Positions 1-12,128 of a stretch of 59,001 nt of DNA are shown one piece after another. The stretch is from the sequence record SRR16203515_2205, one strand, 5' to 3'. How positions within the stretch are numbered: position 1 is the first letter of the stretch; each line of letters begins with the position of its first letter. The notes under the pieces were generated by a model. The model was not told the origin of the DNA and did not search any database. It worked only from the letters and a program-made list of their open reading frames with translations. A program made the position numbers and the translations under genes.

Positions 1-1
1 T

Positions 2-541
2 TTTGTGCTTCATGCGCGCGGTCACCTCTTGGCCGACATAACAGCCTTTTCTAAAATCAACGCCATTTAATCCTTCGAAACCCATCTCCAGGATGTAGCT
101 TTCCGCATCTAATTCACGGCCCATTTCGGGTATTTTATAGTCAACGCGCAAGGCATCCCAATCGACCGTATCCGAATTGCGATCCTCAGCGCCATAATAA
201 CGCCACCCTAAATTGGCATCTCGTGGATCTGCAACTGCGCCTTCTGGTGCATCGTTTAGGCCGCGGGATACAATCAAATCGGTTTCTGAAATTGTGACAT
301 CTGCCCGAAGTTTGTACATGTTTAAACGCGGGATCAAGGTGGCCGCCGCGTCCGCACCAACATCCATCAAGATATTGTTGCCGTCAGGGATCAGAAAAAA
401 ATCAGCAATAAATTTGCCCTGCGGTGTCAAAAGCGCGGAATAAACTGGACCTGTATCCATACGTTTGATGTCGTTGGTGATCAAGTTTTGCAGGAACTTC
501 TGGGCATCTGCGCCAGAAAATCGAAACACCTTGCGTTGCAT
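2..541 (-). CDS. ygfZ: Folate-binding Fe-S cluster repair/tRNA-modification protein YgfZ (3' end runs off the window)
   Basis: Not in the ORF track. Manual translation from ATG at 541 gives MQRKVFRFSGADAQKFLQNLITND...LLTPQGK...GVDFRKGCYVGQEVTARMKH, containing the YgfZ signature KGCYxGQE. Confidence 0.93.
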   Translation of the reverse strand, partial: MQRKVFRFSGADAQKFLQNLITNDIKRMDTGPVYSALLTPQGKFIADFFLIPDGNNILMDVGADAAATLIPRLNMYKLRADVTISETDLIVSRGLNDAPEGAVADPRDANLGWRYYGAEDRNSDTVDWDALRVDYKIPEMGRELDAESYILEMGFEGLNGVDFRKGCYVGQEVTARMKHK

Positions 542-606
542 TTTTCTACCATTCTTGTGCTATTTGGTTCATCACATATAAGGACCAACCATCTGATTGG
601 AAAGAG

Positions 607-1284
607 ATGTCACAAAAACTTAGTGTCGTTATCCCAACGCTGAATGTAGAACAGGTCCTGCCATCAACGCTTCAAAGTTTGATGGAGGGCATATTCTCGG
701 GCTTGATCGGTGACTTGGTGATTGTGGATGGTGGGTCAAATGATGCGACCATAAACATTGCCAAAGAGGTCGGTGCGACAGTTTTGGAGGCAAAGCCATC
801 GCGGGGGGGACAGATTTTCGCAGGTGTATCAGCATGCAAATGCGATTGGGTTTTGATCCTGCATGCAGACTCGCGTTTATCCCAAGGATGGGCGGAATTG
901 ATCCCGACGGCACCAGATTTTGAACGCGCATATTATTTTCAACTGCGATTTGATGCAGTTGGTTTTGCTGCATGGTGGGTGGCGAAATGGGCAAACCTAC
1001 GATCCAAAATTTTCGCGTTGCCTTATGGGGATCAGGGCATCTTTATACACAAAAACCTGCTCGCCTCTGTAGGGGATTACCCAACTGCGCCCTTGATGGA
1101 GGATGTGATCCTTGCCCGTAAATTGGGGCACCGTTTGACTGCCTTACCAATCACAATAACGACCAGCGCTGAAAAATACATCGCGCATGGATGGCTGCGC
1201 CGCGGGTTTCGAAATCTCGGCCTGCTGTTTCAATTTTTGTTGGGGACAACACCCGAAGCACTTTACAAAAAATACTATTCCTGA
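607..1284 (+). CDS. Family 2 glycosyltransferase, TIGR04283-like
   Basis: SVVIPTLN, IVDGGSND, LILHADS, PYGDQG and PLMEDV motifs. Confidence 0.85.
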   Translation: MSQKLSVVIPTLNVEQVLPSTLQSLMEGIFSGLIGDLVIVDGGSNDATINIAKEVGATVLEAKPSRGGQIFAGVSACKCDWVLILHADSRLSQGWAELIPTAPDFERAYYFQLRFDAVGFAAWWVAKWANLRSKIFALPYGDQGIFIHKNLLASVGDYPTAPLMEDVILARKLGHRLTALPITITTSAEKYIAHGWLRRGFRNLGLLFQFLLGTTPEALYKKYYS

Positions 1285-1958
1285 TGCAGGTGTCGATCCT
1301 GAAGGCGTAGGGTTCTGTCCATTTTTGCGGCCAGATTAGGATTATGTGTCGCGATCAATGCGCATAGGCCCGTATCACGAGCGATCTGTAGGATCAGATC
1401 AAACACCTGATCTGATGTCGCCTCATCCAAGTTCCCTGTCGGTTCGTCGGCGAGCAGTGTGCTGGGGTTATTGGCCAAAGCTCTGCACAAGGCGACACGT
1501 TGCTGTTCGCCCCCTGATAATTGCGAGGGGCGATGGTCCGCCCGCGCACCTAATCCCACCATGTCCAACAGATCGCCCGCCCGCTTTTTCGCAGCAGCGG
1601 AATTCGCGCCATCTGCCAGTTGCGGTAGGATGATATTTTCCAACGCACTGAATTCGGGCAATAGATGATGGAATTGATACACAAATCCAATGTCCTGACG
1701 TCTGGCGGTGGTGCGCCGTCGATCACCAGCTTTACCAATCGCTGACCCGCGCAAATATACGTCGCCCAGATCTGGGGTATCCAAGAGACCAGCAATATGC
1801 AGCAATGTGGATTTACCTGCACCAGATGGCGCAACCAGTGCACTGATTTCCCCCTTATGTAGGCTAACATTCACATCTTCTAGTACGCTAAGCGCGTTTG
1901 CCGCGCCACGGTTATAGGATTTATGGATCCCGCGGAGTTCCAGAACAACATCACTCAT
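1275..1958 (-). CDS. lolD: Lipoprotein-releasing ABC transporter ATP-binding protein
   Basis: Walker A APSGAGKST, GFVYQFHHLL, LSGGEQQRVA, LADEPTGNLD; overlaps the lolE stop. Start taken at MSDVVL. Confidence 0.92.
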   Translation of the reverse strand: MSDVVLELRGIHKSYNRGAANALSVLEDVNVSLHKGEISALVAPSGAGKSTLLHIAGLLDTPDLGDVYLRGSAIGKAGDRRRTTARRQDIGFVYQFHHLLPEFSALENIILPQLADGANSAAAKKRAGDLLDMVGLGARADHRPSQLSGGEQQRVALCRALANNPSTLLADEPTGNLDEATSDQVFDLILQIARDTGLCALIATHNPNLAAKMDRTLRLQDRHLHQE

Positions 1959-3237
1959 AGCGCAGCGCCTCAACTGGGTTCATGCGTGCCGCGCGCCGCG
2001 CTGGAAAGTAGGTGACCCCAAAGCTAAGCCCAAGGGAAAGGGTGACCGCCGTGATCACATCATCCAATTTCAATTCGGCAGGAATTTCATAAATCCCACG
2101 AATGGATGGATCCCAGACACCGCCGCCTGACACATAGTTTACAAAGGCGAAAATTGTATCGACGTAGATGGCAAAAAGGCATCCCAAAACAGTTCCAAAT
2201 AGAGTGCCCAGAACACCAGTGAACGCGCCGCACAGGAAAAATACACGCAATACGGCGCCTTCGCTTAATCCCATTGTGCGTAAGATACCGATATCACGCC
2301 CTTTATTTTTCACCAACATGATCAAACCGGATACGATGTTCATAGACGCGATGGTGACAAGGATCGACATGATGATGAACATAACATTGTCCTCAATCGT
2401 CAATGCGCGCAGATAATTGCCAGAGGCGTCTTTCCAGCTCCAGAATTGGATATAGGGCGGGACCGATGGTTCCATGCGGGCAATTACGTCTTCAACCTGA
2501 TCAGGTTCTGTCACCAGTACCTCGATTTCATCGGCACGATCTGCGCGATTGAAATAGTCCTGCGCTGCGGTAAAGGGCATGTAAACGCGTACCTTATCCA
2601 TGTCATGCCGACCAGCGGAGAAGATAAATGAAACAGGAAATGATTTTACCCGTGGGCTGGTGCCAAATGCCGTTTTCACACCATCTGGACTGATCAATTT
2701 GATTTGATCGCCCACACCGACGCCCAAGGCGCGTGCAACTCCTGATCCGATTGCAACACCATTTGCAAAATCATCGACACGCCCGATCACGGTTTCAGGG
2801 TCCACAATGCGGCGCAGGTCCATCAAATTGTCCTGCGATATTCCAAACACCTCAACCCCTGCGTTTGTGCTGTTCGCATTGGCCATGACCTGACCTTTGA
2901 TCAAGGGGGCCGCGCGTTTTACACCGTCAGCAGAGCGTAGGATATCCGCCAGTTGTTGATAATTTTGAATGCTTCTGTCGATTTGGTTCTGCCCAGTCGT
3001 CTGGGGCAGGCGGTAAATGGTCACATGGGCGTTGGCACCCAACACTGTATCCACGATTTCTGTGCGAAATCCTGACCGTACAGCCAGCGTTGCGATCAAT
3101 GCAAAAACCGCCAGCGTAATCCCAATCAGGCTGATCCAGGTCATCGTGCTGACGCCGCCCTCGGTGCGCTTAGAACGCAGATACCGCCAGGCAATCATAA
3201 ATTCGTATTTTGAAAATGGATGGGGTGTACCCTTCAC
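1951..3237 (-). CDS. lolE: Lipoprotein-releasing ABC transporter permease LolC/E
   Basis: IAWRYLRS N-terminus, DIGILRTMG, C-terminal PARRAARMNPVEALRYE. Confidence 0.92.
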   Translation of the reverse strand: MKGTPHPFSKYEFMIAWRYLRSKRTEGGVSTMTWISLIGITLAVFALIATLAVRSGFRTEIVDTVLGANAHVTIYRLPQTTGQNQIDRSIQNYQQLADILRSADGVKRAAPLIKGQVMANANSTNAGVEVFGISQDNLMDLRRIVDPETVIGRVDDFANGVAIGSGVARALGVGVGDQIKLISPDGVKTAFGTSPRVKSFPVSFIFSAGRHDMDKVRVYMPFTAAQDYFNRADRADEIEVLVTEPDQVEDVIARMEPSVPPYIQFWSWKDASGNYLRALTIEDNVMFIIMSILVTIASMNIVSGLIMLVKNKGRDIGILRTMGLSEGAVLRVFFLCGAFTGVLGTLFGTVLGCLFAIYVDTIFAFVNYVSGGGVWDPSIRGIYEIPAELKLDDVITAVTLSLGLSFGVTYFPARRAARMNPVEALRYE

Positions 3238-3354
3238 ATCCTGCTCCTTCTATGTTGGGTTCAACTTGCGCAGATCGGTTCAGATGGTCAAGCCGCCTTG
3301 GCAGATTTTCTCTGATGTCCTATAGATTCCCAGGAAACAGTGAGAGGCCAGAAA

Positions 3355-4455
3355 ATGAGCAACCCAAGATACGCAAAATTGGTTCAAGGATTACCTGCAA
3401 CCGTTCCGTTTGTTGGGCCCGAAACCCAAGAACGTGATCGTGGATTTGCATTTGATGCACGTCTTGGGGCGAATGAAAATATTTTTGGTCCCTCTCCCAA
3501 AGCAATTGCGGCCCTGAACACTGCGGCGTCTGATATTTGGATGTATGGTGATCCAACCAGTTTCGACTTGCGCCATGCACTTTGCACCCATTTGGGGTGC
3601 GCGATGGGCAATGTTGTCGTTGGCGAAGGCATCGACGGATTGTTGGGGTATTTGGTGCGTCTGCTGGTGGATGCGGGCGATCATGTTGTGACATCTGATG
3701 GGGCCTACCCAACCTTTAACTATCATGTGGTGGGCTATGGTGGTACATTGCAAAAAGTCCCATACAAAGATGATAAAGAGGATTTGCCCGCATTGCTGGC
3801 CAAAGCGGCGCAGGTTGACGCAAAACTTGTGTATTTCGCGAACCCCGATAATCCCATGGGCAGTTGGACAACAGGCGCTGAAATTGAAGCCGCGTTAAAT
3901 GATATCCCATCTGGAACTGTGTTGTTACTGGATGAAGCCTATGTTGAATTTGCCCCAGCCGATGCAGTGCCATACATCGATATCGAAGACCCGCGTGTCA
4001 TTCGGATGCGCACGTTTTCCAAAGCCTATGGGATGGCAGGTGCCCGTGTTGGTTACGCCTTTGGGGCGACGGATTTGATCACAAGCTTTGAAAAAATCCG
4101 CAACCATTTCGGCATGAACCGCGCGGCGCAAACGGCGGCGATTGCGGCCTTGCAAGATGTGGATTGGTTGCGCAAAACGATTGCTGACGTTGAAACATCA
4201 CGGCAGGCAATTTCCAAAATTGCCGCTGACAATGGTTTGGTGGCTCTGCCGTCTGCGACGAACTTTGTCACAATTGACTGTGGTCGTGATGGGGATTACG
4301 CGCGGCGCGTTTTGGGCAGTTTGGTGGCGCAGGGCGTTTTCGTGCGCATGCCGTTCGTCACACCGCAAGACCGCTGCATTCGCATCAGCGCAGGGCGCGA
4401 ACAAGATTTAGAATTTGTCGCAGCAGCACTGCCAAAGGCGCTTGCAGACGCTTAG
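3355..4455 (+). CDS. PLP-dependent aminotransferase, histidinol-phosphate aminotransferase-like
   Basis: LGANEN, NPDNPMG, LDEAY, RTFSKAYGMAGARVG. Start taken at MSNPRY. Confidence 0.85.
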   Translation: MSNPRYAKLVQGLPATVPFVGPETQERDRGFAFDARLGANENIFGPSPKAIAALNTAASDIWMYGDPTSFDLRHALCTHLGCAMGNVVVGEGIDGLLGYLVRLLVDAGDHVVTSDGAYPTFNYHVVGYGGTLQKVPYKDDKEDLPALLAKAAQVDAKLVYFANPDNPMGSWTTGAEIEAALNDIPSGTVLLLDEAYVEFAPADAVPYIDIEDPRVIRMRTFSKAYGMAGARVGYAFGATDLITSFEKIRNHFGMNRAAQTAAIAALQDVDWLRKTIADVETSRQAISKIAADNGLVALPSATNFVTIDCGRDGDYARRVLGSLVAQGVFVRMPFVTPQDRCIRISAGREQDLEFVAAALPKALADA

Positions 4456-5648
4456 GCGTTTGCAATGACTTTCGCAGCTGCGTCGATTGCGCTTGTTCCG
4501 TGGGGAATGTTGTTCGCGATCAAACCCGCCTGAACGGTTGAAAGCATGCCCAAAATCATTTGCGCGTTCACGTGCCCCATATGACCAAATCGGAAAAACC
4601 CATCACCCTTTGGGTCCTCGGGTGTAGACATGCCAAGTCCGATGCCCAGTGTCAGGCCCGCGCTATGCTGTGTCCAATTGCGTAATTTTTTCGCGTGCGG
4701 AATGCCCATGTGCAAGGCCGTGACCGCGGCGCTGCGTAGGGATTTGTCCTGAATATTCATGCGCATGGGCCCATCCGCCCCCCAACATTCAACAGCGGCC
4801 CAAATGGCCTTGGCCAATGTTTCGTGACGTTTCCAAATGTTTTCGAGGCCTTCGGCCCGGATCATATCCAGTGCAACACGCAACCCATACAAGTGATGTG
4901 TTGGGGCCGTGCCACAGAAATAATGCGCCAAGATTTCGGGATTGGCGCGTTGTCCCCATTCCCAATACGAAGTGACGTAGGGCAATTGTTTCTGTCGCTC
5001 GGCCGCTGTGTCATTGAAATAGACAAAGGCCATGCCTGCAGGGACCATCAACCCCTTTTGGCAGGCCGCGACCATGACATCCGCCCCCCAAGCATCCATT
5101 TTAAACTCATCGCACCCCAATGATGCCACGCAGTCCACCGCCAGCAACGCATGAGACCCCAAATCATCCAATAACGTCCGAACCGCAGCAATATCATTTT
5201 TCACAGATGTTGAGGTGTCGACATGTGTGACCAAAACGGTCTTGTAATAATCGCTGGGGTACGCCCGTAATGCTGTTTCCAGTGCGCCTATATCAATGGT
5301 GGATTGGTTGCCGTATTCAACAATATCTGCTTCAATCCCCATGGCGCGTGCCATCTTGGCCCAGCCATGCGCAAACCACCCTGTCGCCGCGACCAAAACG
5401 CGATCGCCATGGCAGGCCATGTTGGCCAATGCCGCTTCCCATGCGCCATGTCCATTCGCGATATAGAGAGCGACGTTGCCTTCGGTTTGGGCCACATAGC
5501 GCAAATCGGGAATCAGTGTGTGCGTTAGATCAACAAGCTCACCTTCATAAATGTTTGGCGATGCGCGGTGCATGGCACGCAGTACGGCCTCTGGAATGAC
5601 AGACGGCCCTGGGATTGCAAGGTAGGTTTGACCATTTGACAGGTTCAT
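4452..5648 (-). CDS. Class V aminotransferase (serine/alanine-glyoxylate aminotransferase family)
   Basis: IPGPS, HVDTSTSV, VDCVASLG, CQKGLMVPAG, FRFGHMG. Confidence 0.88.
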   Translation of the reverse strand: MNLSNGQTYLAIPGPSVIPEAVLRAMHRASPNIYEGELVDLTHTLIPDLRYVAQTEGNVALYIANGHGAWEAALANMACHGDRVLVAATGWFAHGWAKMARAMGIEADIVEYGNQSTIDIGALETALRAYPSDYYKTVLVTHVDTSTSVKNDIAAVRTLLDDLGSHALLAVDCVASLGCDEFKMDAWGADVMVAACQKGLMVPAGMAFVYFNDTAAERQKQLPYVTSYWEWGQRANPEILAHYFCGTAPTHHLYGLRVALDMIRAEGLENIWKRHETLAKAIWAAVECWGADGPMRMNIQDKSLRSAAVTALHMGIPHAKKLRNWTQHSAGLTLGIGLGMSTPEDPKGDGFFRFGHMGHVNAQMILGMLSTVQAGLIANNIPHGTSAIDAAAKVIANA

Positions 5649-5765
5649 TGGAATTCCTTTTGTTTATACCATCAATCAATAGTCGGGATTTGTGCAACGT
5701 CAACATAGCTTGCGTTTGGGGTGACGAAACCTTACCTAGGCCATAGGCCGTGCACAGGGACCCTT

Positions 5766-6491
5766 ATGTTTAAAAAAATCGCAGATCGCTACTTTGCTTG
5801 GGAACGCCATCTGCGTGATTCATTTGGGGATGACATTGAAACCCCTAAAGGGCGGTTTTGGGCTTATGTCCATGTTCATTTGATGGATCACGCATTTTTT
5901 CGTGTCTTGTGGACAAACATGCGCGAAATTGCGCCGGATGTGTACCGATCAAATCAACCCTCGCCACGTCGCATCGCGAAGTGGAAGGCGAGGGGCATCA
6001 AAACGGTCGTTAATCTACGTGGCGCGCCAATCCAATCGCATGGTTTGCTTGAGGAAGAGGCCTGTACCGCCGCAGGGATTGATATGGTGTGTCTGAAATT
6101 CGGGGCGCGTCACGCGCCGGATAAGGCCCTGTTACTTGAACTGTTCGAGATATTTGATGACCTTAAGGCACCTGCTGTGTTTCATTGTAAATCAGGGGCA
6201 GATCGCGCGGGTTTTGTTTCCGCGCTGTATCTGAGCATGGTTGCGGGTCACCCGATGGAGGAAGCGGCGAAACAACTAAGCCTGCGCCACTTGCATGTTG
6301 ATTTCACACCTACAGGTGTCCTCGATTATGTTTTGCGCGTATATATGGAACGCAACCGACGATCGCCCATTTCGTTTCGCGACTGGGTTGTTTCAGAATA
6401 TGATGCGCCGACCGTGCATCACGGTTATCAAGATCGCATCATGTGGTCAGAAACAGTGAATAAATTGCAAGGGCTTACGCCTGCTGCGTGA
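5766..6491 (+). CDS. Cys-based protein tyrosine/dual-specificity phosphatase family protein
   Basis: YRSNQP, VVNLRG and the P-loop HCKSGADR (CX5R). Confidence 0.85.
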   Translation: MFKKIADRYFAWERHLRDSFGDDIETPKGRFWAYVHVHLMDHAFFRVLWTNMREIAPDVYRSNQPSPRRIAKWKARGIKTVVNLRGAPIQSHGLLEEEACTAAGIDMVCLKFGARHAPDKALLLELFEIFDDLKAPAVFHCKSGADRAGFVSALYLSMVAGHPMEEAAKQLSLRHLHVDFTPTGVLDYVLRVYMERNRRSPISFRDWVVSEYDAPTVHHGYQDRIMWSETVNKLQGLTPAA

Positions 6492-6909
6492 TCCAAACAC
6501 CAAACGCCATGACTGCGATGCCACTGGCACGAACAAGGTTCAAAGAATTTTGAGCAGCCCCAAATAGGGCGAAATGATCAATTGCCGCGGCGCTGACCAA
6601 CTGTCCCAACAAAACAAAGAAGACAGCGTTTCCCACACCAAATTTTGGCGCGATAAATGTGATCGAGAGAACATAAAATGCGATGAGTACGCCGGCAAAA
6701 AACAGATGCTTTGGCGCATGACCAACAGTTTTCAATGGATTTAGGCCAGTTGCAAATGCCAGCGCCCATGTGACAAGGCCAGCAATCGTGAACAAAATTG
6801 CGGCGGCGACGATTGGAGATACGATAAAACGACCAAGGGCTGCATTCAACGCGGCTAGGATCGGAATTCCGATCCCCGCCAGAAACATGATCGCCGCGTA
6901 ATGGTGCAT
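6475..6909 (-). CDS. Small DMT transporter (YdcZ/DUF606-like)
   Basis: Five hydrophobic segments, GQL...IDHFALFG motif. Confidence 0.8.
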   Translation of the reverse strand: MHHYAAIMFLAGIGIPILAALNAALGRFIVSPIVAAAILFTIAGLVTWALAFATGLNPLKTVGHAPKHLFFAGVLIAFYVLSITFIAPKFGVGNAVFFVLLGQLVSAAAIDHFALFGAAQNSLNLVRASGIAVMAFGVWITQQA

Positions 6910-6918
6910 GTCGGTGTC

Positions 6919-8874
6919 CTACACGTCCAACTCTTCTACGAAACGCGCATTTTCCTGAATGTACTGGAAACGCAATTCGGGTTTTTTGCCCATCAGGCGT
7001 TCGACCAAATCCGTTGTTTCGCCTGGCTCGTCTTCGTCAATGGTCACGCGGATCAATTTACGCGTCTTGGGGTCCATTGTTGTTTCTTTTAGGTCTTTGG
7101 CATCCATTTCGCCCAAACCTTTAAATCGTTGGACGTCAATCTTGCCTTTGCCGCCAATCCCTTTGGTCAGATAGGTGTCTTTTTCCAAATCATTTGAAAC
7201 GTACAAACGCTTGGCGCCTTGGGTCAAACGATAGAGTGGGGGACAGGCCAAGAACAGATGACCATTGTCAATCAAGGGGCGCATTTGGGTATAAAAGAAT
7301 GTCATTAACAATGAGGCGATATGCGCACCGTCAACGTCCGCATCGGTCATGATGATGATTTTGTCATACCGCAGGTCATCAAGATTAAAGCGTGTTCCCA
7401 TGCCAACGCCCAATGCCTCGCACAGATCGTTGATTTCCGCATTTTGCCCAAGCTTATTTGACGCGGCCCCCAATACGTTCAGGATCTTACCCTTTAGGGG
7501 AAGCAAGGCTTGATTTTCACGGTTTCGTGCACCCTTGGCCGATCCGCCCGCACTGTCACCCTCAACGATGAACAGCTCGGTACCTTCGCGGTTTTTGGCG
7601 GTACAATCGGTTAGCTTACCTGGCAGGCGCAGTTTTTTCGTTGCAGATTTACGTGCGGTTTCCTTTTCCTGACGACGGCGCATGCGTTCTTCTGCGCGCA
7701 AAACAAGGAAATCTAGGATTGCACCCGCTGATTTTGTGTCAGCTGCCAACCAATTGTCGAAATGGTCCCGCACGGAATTTTCAACCAATCGTGCCGCTTC
7801 GTTCGTTGCAAGTCGATCTTTTGTCTGACCCACAAATTCGGGTTCGCGAATAAAGCAGCTGACCAATGCACATCCGCCTGTGATCAAATCGTCGCGCGTG
7901 ATATCCTTGGCCTTGCGATTGTTGATCCGTTCGCCATAGGCACGAATGCCTTTCAGAATGGCGGCCCAAAAACCACTTTCGTGAGTGCCGCCTTCGGGTG
8001 TGGGAACGGTGTTACAATATGACTGAATAAAACCATCCCGCGAAGGGGTCCAATTGATGGCCCATTCGACTTTGCCAGGTGTTTGAAAACGCTCTTGAAA
8101 ATCAACGACACCCGCAAATGGATTTTCGGAATAGGTCGTAGCGCCATTCAATGTTTCGCGCAGATAGTCGGCGAGTCCACCTGGGAAATGAAATGTGGCC
8201 TCGGTTGGAGTCGTACCGTCATCAATTTCAGATTTCCAACGAATTTCAACGCCGCTGAACAAATACGCCTTAGATCGGATTGATTTGAATAGCCGTGCGG
8301 GTTTAAAGCGGTTTGCGCCGAAAATCTGTTCATCCGCGTGAAATGTCACCGATGTTCCTCGACGATTTGGGGCCGCGCCAATCTTCTCAACGCTAGTTTG
8401 CGGAATGCCGCGGGAAAAGTGCTGTTCAAACAACTCTTTATTACGCGCAACTTGAACCACCATTCTGTCTGATAGAGCATTTACAACGGATGCACCAACG
8501 CCGTGCAAACCGCCTGATGTTTGATAGGCTTTGCCACTAAACTTACCGCCCGCATGAAGGGTGCACAAAATGACTTCTAGAGCGGATTTGTCTGGAAATT
8601 TGGGGTGCGGATCGATGGGAATTCCACGTCCGTTGTCCCGAACCGTCAGCGAATAGTCAGTGTGCAATTCCACCTCAATGCGGTTCGCGTGTCCTGCGAC
8701 GGCTTCGTCCATTGAGTTATCAAGGATTTCAGCAACCATATGGTGCAATGCGCGTTCATCGGTGCCGCCGATATACATGCCCGGGCGTTTTCGGACAGGT
8801 TCCAGACCCTCCAAAACCTCAATGGACGATGCGCTATAATCGTCAGCTTGGCTGTTATCCAAAAGATCAGTCAT
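6919..8874 (-). CDS. parE: DNA topoisomerase IV subunit B
   Basis: EGLEPVRKRPGMYIG, VEGDSAGGSAK, MTDADVDGAHI, QRFKGLGEM; about 650 aa without the GyrB insert. Start MTDLLD at 8874. Confidence 0.95.
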   Translation of the reverse strand: MTDLLDNSQADDYSASSIEVLEGLEPVRKRPGMYIGGTDERALHHMVAEILDNSMDEAVAGHANRIEVELHTDYSLTVRDNGRGIPIDPHPKFPDKSALEVILCTLHAGGKFSGKAYQTSGGLHGVGASVVNALSDRMVVQVARNKELFEQHFSRGIPQTSVEKIGAAPNRRGTSVTFHADEQIFGANRFKPARLFKSIRSKAYLFSGVEIRWKSEIDDGTTPTEATFHFPGGLADYLRETLNGATTYSENPFAGVVDFQERFQTPGKVEWAINWTPSRDGFIQSYCNTVPTPEGGTHESGFWAAILKGIRAYGERINNRKAKDITRDDLITGGCALVSCFIREPEFVGQTKDRLATNEAARLVENSVRDHFDNWLAADTKSAGAILDFLVLRAEERMRRRQEKETARKSATKKLRLPGKLTDCTAKNREGTELFIVEGDSAGGSAKGARNRENQALLPLKGKILNVLGAASNKLGQNAEINDLCEALGVGMGTRFNLDDLRYDKIIIMTDADVDGAHIASLLMTFFYTQMRPLIDNGHLFLACPPLYRLTQGAKRLYVSNDLEKDTYLTKGIGGKGKIDVQRFKGLGEMDAKDLKETTMDPKTRKLIRVTIDEDEPGETTDLVERLMGKKPELRFQYIQENARFVEELDV

Positions 8875-9342
8875 GTGAAGTGCTCGATTTATGTTTCTAA
8901 ATATTATGACAGCAAGTCCACCAAAGGAAAAGAGCAGATTGAGAAATCGGAAAGTCGTCATGTCACGCAGTAATTCGTCCTGTGTCCACAGAAATGTACA
9001 TACACGCTTAGGCCGATTAACAATTTTGTTTTGAGGAAAATTGACATTAACAAAATTGTGGATGATGTTGGTTTTTACTGTCCAAATTCACAGAATTAGC
9101 AGTTCAATAAAATTATCAAAAAGATTTATTAATTTGAGAAGATTTTTTGTTAATTTTTAATAACATTTTGGAAAATATATATAATATTGATTAGAGATGA
9201 ATTTTTAATCATTCTGTGAATTTTTTTGGTATTTAATTATTGAGGCATTTGAACGGTTCTGTCATTCATTTGGAATACCAAATTAATCGCTCTTTGGTTG
9301 TGTAAGTAAAGTGTTTAGATCGTGATGAGCGGTCAAATGGTT

Positions 9343-9425
9343 CCAGCGGTCTCCGATAGGGTCGCTGGCTTCGGGTCACTTAAGCAGTATTGCATCCCCC
9401 ACTCCCCTCCAGCTTAAGTGACCCG
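9343..9425 (+). ncRNA. Putative two-hairpin small RNA with C-rich loop (strand and ends uncertain)
   Basis: Stem CCAGCG(9343-48)/CGCTGG(9363-68) extended by G-U pairs, then a perfect 14-bp stem CGGGTCACTTAAGC(9372-85)/GCTTAAGTGACCCG(9412-25) around a loop containing CCCCCACTCCCCTCC. GC-rich element at the end of an AT-rich spacer. Confidence 0.55.
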
Positions 9426-9487
9426 CCCAACTTTCCCGCGAAAAGAAAATCCTTGTTTGAATGACGCGTCGGGTCTACGGGGATTAC

Positions 9488-12108
<2,621 letters not shown>

Positions 12109-12128
12109 TCATAAAAATTGAGAAAATA

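Noticed and set aside
8980..9300. oriC or dif site
   Set aside because: Only degenerate DnaA boxes, none of the usual origin-flanking genes (hemE, parAB, gidA, dnaA) in the window, and no CATAA-N6-TTATG XerC/D pattern found.
9325..9417. 30-aa ORF MSGQMVPAVSDRVAGFGSLKQYCIPHSPPA over the sRNA candidate
   Set aside because: No SD, and the sequence is better explained by RNA stems. A dual-function RNA cannot be excluded.
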